A program made the translations under genes and the position numbers. Under the pieces are notes generated by a model. That model was not told where the DNA came from and did not search any database. It worked only from the letters and a program-made list of their open reading frames with translations. A stretch of DNA of 64,000 bases, from the NCBI GenBank assembly GCA_964577615.1, contig CAZNZW010000004.1, positions 11,511-75,510 of the forward strand. Direction: 5' to 3'. This document shows positions 59,752-64,000 of this stretch, piece by piece (the first letter of the stretch is position 1; the number at the start of each line of letters is the position of its first letter). This stretch comes from an uncultured Desulfobacterales bacterium. GTDB taxonomy: Bacteria > Desulfobacterota > Desulfobacteria > Desulfobacterales > QNYZ01.

Positions 59752-61002
59752 TTATTTTTCCCGACGGATATTGGCGCCCAGACTGGCCAGTTTTTTCTCC
59801 AGGGCCTCATATCCGCGATCAAGATGGTAGACCCGGTTGACCACTGTTTCTCCTTTTGCCACCAGACCGGCCAATATCAACGACGCACTGGCCCGCAGGT
59901 CTGACGCCATGACCGGCGCTCCGGACAGGTGGGGAACGCCCCGGACGATCGCCGTCTGACCGGAAATGGTTATATCCGCGCCCATCCTCAGCAGTTCACT
60001 GACATGAATGAGCCGTTTCTCGAAAATCGTTTCAGCAATCAGGCTCGATCCATTGGCCACGGTCATTAATACCATAAACTGGGCCTGCATATCGGTGGGA
60101 AAGCCGGGATAGGGCATGGTCTGAATATCGGCACTGAGAATCGTGTCGGGCCCCGTCACCTGGATGAAACGATCGCCGACAATGATACTGGCGCCCGCTG
60201 CTTTTAATTTATCGACGACCGCTCCCAGATGTTCAGGCTCACAATGGGTCAGGCGCACATCTCCCCGGGTCAGGGCCGCCGCGACCATGAGCGTTCCCGC
60301 TTCGATCCGGTCGGGGATGATGCGCACTTCCACAGGATTGAGCCGGTCAACCCCTTCAACAGTTACCACGGCCGTTCCAGCGCCCAGAATTTTCGCGCCC
60401 ATCTGGTTGAGCATTTTGGCCAGGGCCACCACTTCCGGTTCCCGGGCCGTGTTCCTCAGCACGGTTGTCCCCCTGGCCAGTACGGCCGCCATCATCATGT
60501 TTTCCGTACCGGTGACGGTGACCACATCAAAGTTGATTTCGCACCCTTTGAGGCCGTCGGTCACCGCTTCCACATCGCCATGCGCAAGGTTAATCCGGGC
60601 GCCCATCTGTTCAAGACCCCGCAGATGCAGATCAATCGGCCGCGCACCGATTGCGCATCCCCCCGGCAGAGAGACCCGGGCCTTTTTTAGGCGGGTCACC
60701 ATGGGACCGAGCACCAGTACCGACGCCCGCATTTTCCGGACGAGGTCGTATGGCGCCACGTGATGGTTCGCCTCCCGGGTATCGATCTGTACCCGGTCAC
60801 CGTCGGTTTCAATGCGGGCCCCCAGATGCGCCAGCAGCAGTTTAATGCTGTGAATATCCTGCAGCTGCGGCACATTGGTAAATGTGCTGACGCCTTCCGT
60901 TAAAAGAGATGCGGCCAGCATCGGGAGCGCGGCGTTTTTCGCGCCGCTGACGGCCACTTCGCCGGTCAGCCGGTTTCCGCCGTTGATAATGATTTTATCC
61001 AT
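59752..61002 (-). CDS. murA: UDP-N-acetylglucosamine 1-carboxyvinyltransferase
   Basis: MDKIIINGGNRLTGEVAVSGAKNAALP and the active-site Cys in LPGGCAIGARPIDLH. Confidence 0.95.
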   Translation of the reverse strand: MDKIIINGGNRLTGEVAVSGAKNAALPMLAASLLTEGVSTFTNVPQLQDIHSIKLLLAHLGARIETDGDRVQIDTREANHHVAPYDLVRKMRASVLVLGPMVTRLKKARVSLPGGCAIGARPIDLHLRGLEQMGARINLAHGDVEAVTDGLKGCEINFDVVTVTGTENMMMAAVLARGTTVLRNTAREPEVVALAKMLNQMGAKILGAGTAVVTVEGVDRLNPVEVRIIPDRIEAGTLMVAAALTRGDVRLTHCEPEHLGAVVDKLKAAGASIIVGDRFIQVTGPDTILSADIQTMPYPGFPTDMQAQFMVLMTVANGSSLIAETIFEKRLIHVSELLRMGADITISGQTAIVRGVPHLSGAPVMASDLRASASLILAGLVAKGETVVNRVYHLDRGYEALEKKLASLGANIRREK

Positions 61003-61065
61003 GCCCGTTCCTGTCTGTTACCTGTTTCAGGTTGTGTATTGCGCCGTCATGTGCCGGGTTCAGAA

Positions 61066-61106
61066 TGAAAAAGCGCCTGCCCGGATGCTTTGTTCGGGGC
61101 AGGCGC
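61066..61106 (-). terminator. Rho-independent terminator after the Mo/FeS/NrfD operon
   Basis: 11-bp stem AGCGCCTGCCC / GGGCAGGCGCT (61072-61082 / 61096-61106), followed on the minus strand by TTTTT. Confidence 0.75.
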
Positions 61107-61132
61107 TGAGACCGTCAATCATGTTATTTTTT

Positions 61133-61294
61133 TCAGGAATGTGAATTGTTTCCGCCGTCCCGCGTCGTGTCAATCACCGTCTTGACAATACAATACGTCA
61201 TCCCGATGCCAATCATGGACAGGGCGTACCAGAGCCCGCCATGAAAAACCATATGCCCCATGTCCCAGATCCATTCAAAAGAAAACGGAAACAT
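61133..61294 (-). CDS. 53-aa single-TM protein not in the ORF track, downstream of the NrfD-like gene
   Basis: Manual translation gives MFPFSFEWIWDMGHMVFHGGLWYALSMIGIGMTYCIVKTVIDTTRDGGNNSHS. An AAGGAG SD lies 8 nt upstream of ATG 61294, and the terminator follows directly. Confidence 0.55.
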   Translation of the reverse strand: MFPFSFEWIWDMGHMVFHGGLWYALSMIGIGMTYCIVKTVIDTTRDGGNNSHS

Positions 61295-61318
61295 AAATAA
61301 TGCTCCTTATATAATCGA

Positions 61319-62647
61319 TTAGGCCGGTGTCGGCGCGCCGTCCACGATCACGGCGTCTGAAGCTGTTTCTGTGTCTGTTTCATCTTCAGGCAAAGCCGCC
61401 GGGGCCGATGGGGCCACCGGGTTCAGTTCAACTTCTTGTGGAAAAATTGGCAGATAACGATAAGATATCATTATCAAGATAACGCCATAAGCAACCGGCA
61501 GGACCGTGGTGGCCACTTCCTGCCAGCTGGGAATATACATGGCCCAGGTATCAAAGGGCAACACGGGAACGGCCATGACCTGCAATACCATGACCCATCT
61601 GTTAAGGCAGACGCCGATGATGCCCAGGACAATCGCGACAATCCGGATCCGTGGATTGGCCCGCCATTTCGGGCTGACCAGAATAATTGCCGGTACCACT
61701 CCGCAGACACCGATTTCGACCACCAGAATCCAGATACCATAAAGGGGATTATGGGAATAAAAATCATTCAGGGTAAATCCCCTGGCCGGAGCGGTCACCG
61801 TGGCCCAGTAAATCGTATCGGCTATTTTGGCGATGATATACGTGAGGATCATCCAGCCGGATATTTTGGCGAGCAGTTGTTTAACATTATCCCTGACCAG
61901 TTCCTTGCCGGTGATTTTCTCCGTGAGCCAGGTAATAAAAAGCGTGAAACAGGGTCCGTACGCCGCAGCTGACCAGGTAAACAGAAAAAAAGTATACGGC
62001 CAGACAAGAATATGTTCGCGATAGGCAAACGGCCGGCCAAAGAGGACACCGGCCACCCCGCCCAGTGAACCCTGGTGGAAAAAAGACAAAAAGGCGCCGG
62101 TCGCGGCAAAAACGGCCATGATGTGATGCATGTTATGGCCCAGATGGTGGGCAAACGGAATTCGGTCAATCTGGCGGTTTTCAAGAATCAGGGGCACATA
62201 TTCGATGGTCAACACCCCGAAATAGCAGGAGAGACAGAAAGCCACCTCGGTCAGCATGGAATGGACATTGGCATGCCAGAAAATAAACCAGCTCCGCAGC
62301 GGCTGGCCCACATCAATGGCCAGAATCAGCAGCGCCGAGCTGTAACAGATAAATCCGATGAGGACGGCATAATTGATGATGTTTTTCAGTTCATCAATGC
62401 CGAAAATATAGCGCAGCAGCCCGGTAAAAAAGGCACCGCCGCCCAGGGCGATAACGGCGAGGTCCGCCCAGATCCAGATGGCAAACCCGTAGTAATCGTT
62501 CATGTTGGTTTGATTGAGCCCCTTGACCCAGCAGAGGATCAGGCCCACCACTCCCCAGATCAGAACCGCGCCGGCAATGGCGAGGCCCAGGAGGAATTTG
62601 TTAATGTGGCACCGTTTTACACCGACGGGGAAAAGTGCGGAATCCAT
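61319..62647 (-). CDS. NrfD/PsrC-family integral membrane quinone-interacting subunit
   Basis: 442 aa with about 10 TM helices, positioned after the Mo and FeS subunits. Confidence 0.82.
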   Translation of the reverse strand: MDSALFPVGVKRCHINKFLLGLAIAGAVLIWGVVGLILCWVKGLNQTNMNDYYGFAIWIWADLAVIALGGGAFFTGLLRYIFGIDELKNIINYAVLIGFICYSSALLILAIDVGQPLRSWFIFWHANVHSMLTEVAFCLSCYFGVLTIEYVPLILENRQIDRIPFAHHLGHNMHHIMAVFAATGAFLSFFHQGSLGGVAGVLFGRPFAYREHILVWPYTFFLFTWSAAAYGPCFTLFITWLTEKITGKELVRDNVKQLLAKISGWMILTYIIAKIADTIYWATVTAPARGFTLNDFYSHNPLYGIWILVVEIGVCGVVPAIILVSPKWRANPRIRIVAIVLGIIGVCLNRWVMVLQVMAVPVLPFDTWAMYIPSWQEVATTVLPVAYGVILIMISYRYLPIFPQEVELNPVAPSAPAALPEDETDTETASDAVIVDGAPTPA

Positions 62648-62681
62648 CGTTTACCTCTGGTTCAATCGTCGTTGGTTGACA

Positions 62682-63494
62682 TTATTCATGTGAAGCGGGT
62701 GTTTCGTCATTTAAATAATGATCTCCGGCCCGCCGGACCCATTCCCGGCTGGAAATATAGTAAATTTTTGGGTTGGTATGCAGCCTTTCCAGCAGCCGGA
62801 ACGCCTTGGGATTTCGTGGCCGCCCGTGGTGATGGGGATCCGGCTGGGCCAGTTGATGCACCTGATGCTCGGGATTGTTCAGATCCCCAAAGACAATGGC
62901 GCCCGCCGGGCAGGCCTGGGTACAGGCCGTCTGATATTCGGCTTCCTCCAGCTCTTGCCGCCCCTCCAGGTGCGCCTTTTCCATGGCCAGCTGAGCACGG
63001 TGATAACAGAAGCTGCACTTTTCCACGATCCCCCGCATCCGGGGGGAAACATTCGGGTTAAGCGACTTTTCCATCTCGCCCGGCCAGACCGGATCCCACC
63101 AGTTGAAATAGCGGGCATGATACGGGCAGGCCCCCATGCAGTATCGGCATCCGAAACAGCGGGTGTAAATCTGGCTGACGATGCCCGTCTCGCGGTCATA
63201 ATCGGTGGCCGTGGCCGGACAGACAGACACGCAGGGAGAATGGCCGGTATGCTCGCCCTCGCAATGCTGGCAGGGCCGGGGCAGATAGCAGATATCATGG
63301 TCGGGATAGGATTTGCCGTTGGTCAGTTTGTATACCCGCATCCAGGTAATACTCAACCGTTTATCGGTTTCATCCTTTTTAAACGGCACATTGTTCTCGG
63401 CCATACAGGCGACCATGCAGGTTCCGCAACCGGTGCATTTATCCAGGTCGATGACCATGCCGTATTTTTTGGCTTTTGCTTGCGCGTATTTCAT
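62682..63494 (-). CDS. 4Fe-4S cluster subunit (PsrB/QrcC/DmsB-like)
   Basis: YGMVIDLDKCTGCGTCMVACMAENN, CQHC...CVSVCP, CFGCRYCMGACP, CTQACPAGA. Confidence 0.88.
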   Translation of the reverse strand: MKYAQAKAKKYGMVIDLDKCTGCGTCMVACMAENNVPFKKDETDKRLSITWMRVYKLTNGKSYPDHDICYLPRPCQHCEGEHTGHSPCVSVCPATATDYDRETGIVSQIYTRCFGCRYCMGACPYHARYFNWWDPVWPGEMEKSLNPNVSPRMRGIVEKCSFCYHRAQLAMEKAHLEGRQELEEAEYQTACTQACPAGAIVFGDLNNPEHQVHQLAQPDPHHHGRPRNPKAFRLLERLHTNPKIYYISSREWVRRAGDHYLNDETPASHE

Positions 63495-63566
63495 GAAGAC
63501 CTCATGTGGTCCTTGGGATCCACGTCAACCTGATCCCATTTTTCAGGTAAATTTCGTCCTGCCGGC

Positions 63567-64000
63567 TCAGGCCGCCGTCACTTTGGCCCGGATACCCCAG
63601 GCGGCGTCAAAGCCGGAAACCGGATCTTCCATCGGGCCAATGAGCTGATTGACATTGACGCCCTTGCCGGCCAGGTAATCATCAAAGGCCGTATGCCCCA
63701 GTCCTGTCGGCATGGCCAGTATCCCGGGTTTGATTCTTTCGGACAGATGAATTCGTACAGCTGCCTGCCCCTTGGGCGTGGATAGCACGGCGGCCGATCC
63801 TTCGCCCAATTTGTATTGGCCGGCGGTTTCCGGGTTGACCGCGACAAAAATATCGGAGTGGACCAACACGGTATCCGCCACAATTTTGGTAACAAACGGG
63901 GGATTGGCAATATTTCCACTGGACAGACGCATGGAATCGTATGGCACGAGCAGAAGCGGGAAGTCCCCGCTTTTGCCGCCTGCGTCCAGGGAAACCGCCT
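63567..64000 (-). CDS. Molybdopterin-oxidoreductase-family large subunit, C-terminal part (5' end beyond the window)
   Basis: The frame is open to the window edge. Molydop-binding barrel sequence VAVNPETAGQYKLGEGSAAVLSTPKGQAAVRIHLSERIKPGILAM. Confidence 0.8.
   Translation of the reverse strand, partial: AVSLDAGGKSGDFPLLLVPYDSMRLSSGNIANPPFVTKIVADTVLVHSDIFVAVNPETAGQYKLGEGSAAVLSTPKGQAAVRIHLSERIKPGILAMPTGLGHTAFDDYLAGKGVNVNQLIGPMEDPVSGFDAAWGIRAKVTAA

Overview
GC-rich, gene-dense chromosomal segment of about 60 genes. By eye I found no rRNA, tRNA, CRISPR array, transposase or integrase. The gene content resembles a sulfate-reducing deltaproteobacterium (Desulfobacterales-like), which is inference only: lutABC, a Mo/FeS/NrfD respiratory module, a YeeE-TusA-DsrE sulfur relay, an RdhA-like protein, MttB/MtmB-family methyltransferases and apparent selenocysteine use. 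Layout: (1) 1-13.8 kb is an acetate/propionate locus. It holds a histidine kinase, a receiver, a sensor-exonuclease fusion, prpE-like and acs genes, a DUF4212 plus VC_2705-type symporter, and a cNMP/CBS/DUF294 nucleotidyltransferase. (2) 14-21 kb holds an RdhA-like protein, a D-lactate dehydrogenase-like oxidase, lutABC and an acyltransferase. (3) 21.2-29.4 kb is an eight-gene MoxR/DUF58/DUF4350/DUF4129/SpoIIM-like/RDD membrane operon. (4) 29.5-36.4 kb is housekeeping (VOC, pepA, fadD, class I fumarase). (5) 36.5-43 kb is a sulfur/selenium island: DsrE-like triad, TusA, YeeE, porin, MarR and a triple-rhodanese lipoprotein. (6) 43-57 kb is a corrinoid methyltransferase island with an ABC importer, a cytoplasmic Mo enzyme and an aminotransferase. 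(7) 57-64 kb holds comEC, murA and a Mo/FeS/NrfD module. The strongest leads are four. First, an in-frame UGA aligns to a Cys in a rhodanese lipoprotein, suggesting a selenoprotein that the ORF track split in two. Second, a receiver is coupled to a His-less pseudo-kinase fused to a DnaQ exonuclease, and this is paired across the locus with a DUF294 nucleotidyltransferase. Third, there is a pyrrolysine-free MtmB homologue with its own corrinoid protein. Fourth, the MoxR membrane operon is conserved but has no known function. Two short genes below the ORF-track cutoff (57 aa and 53 aa) were found by manual translation.
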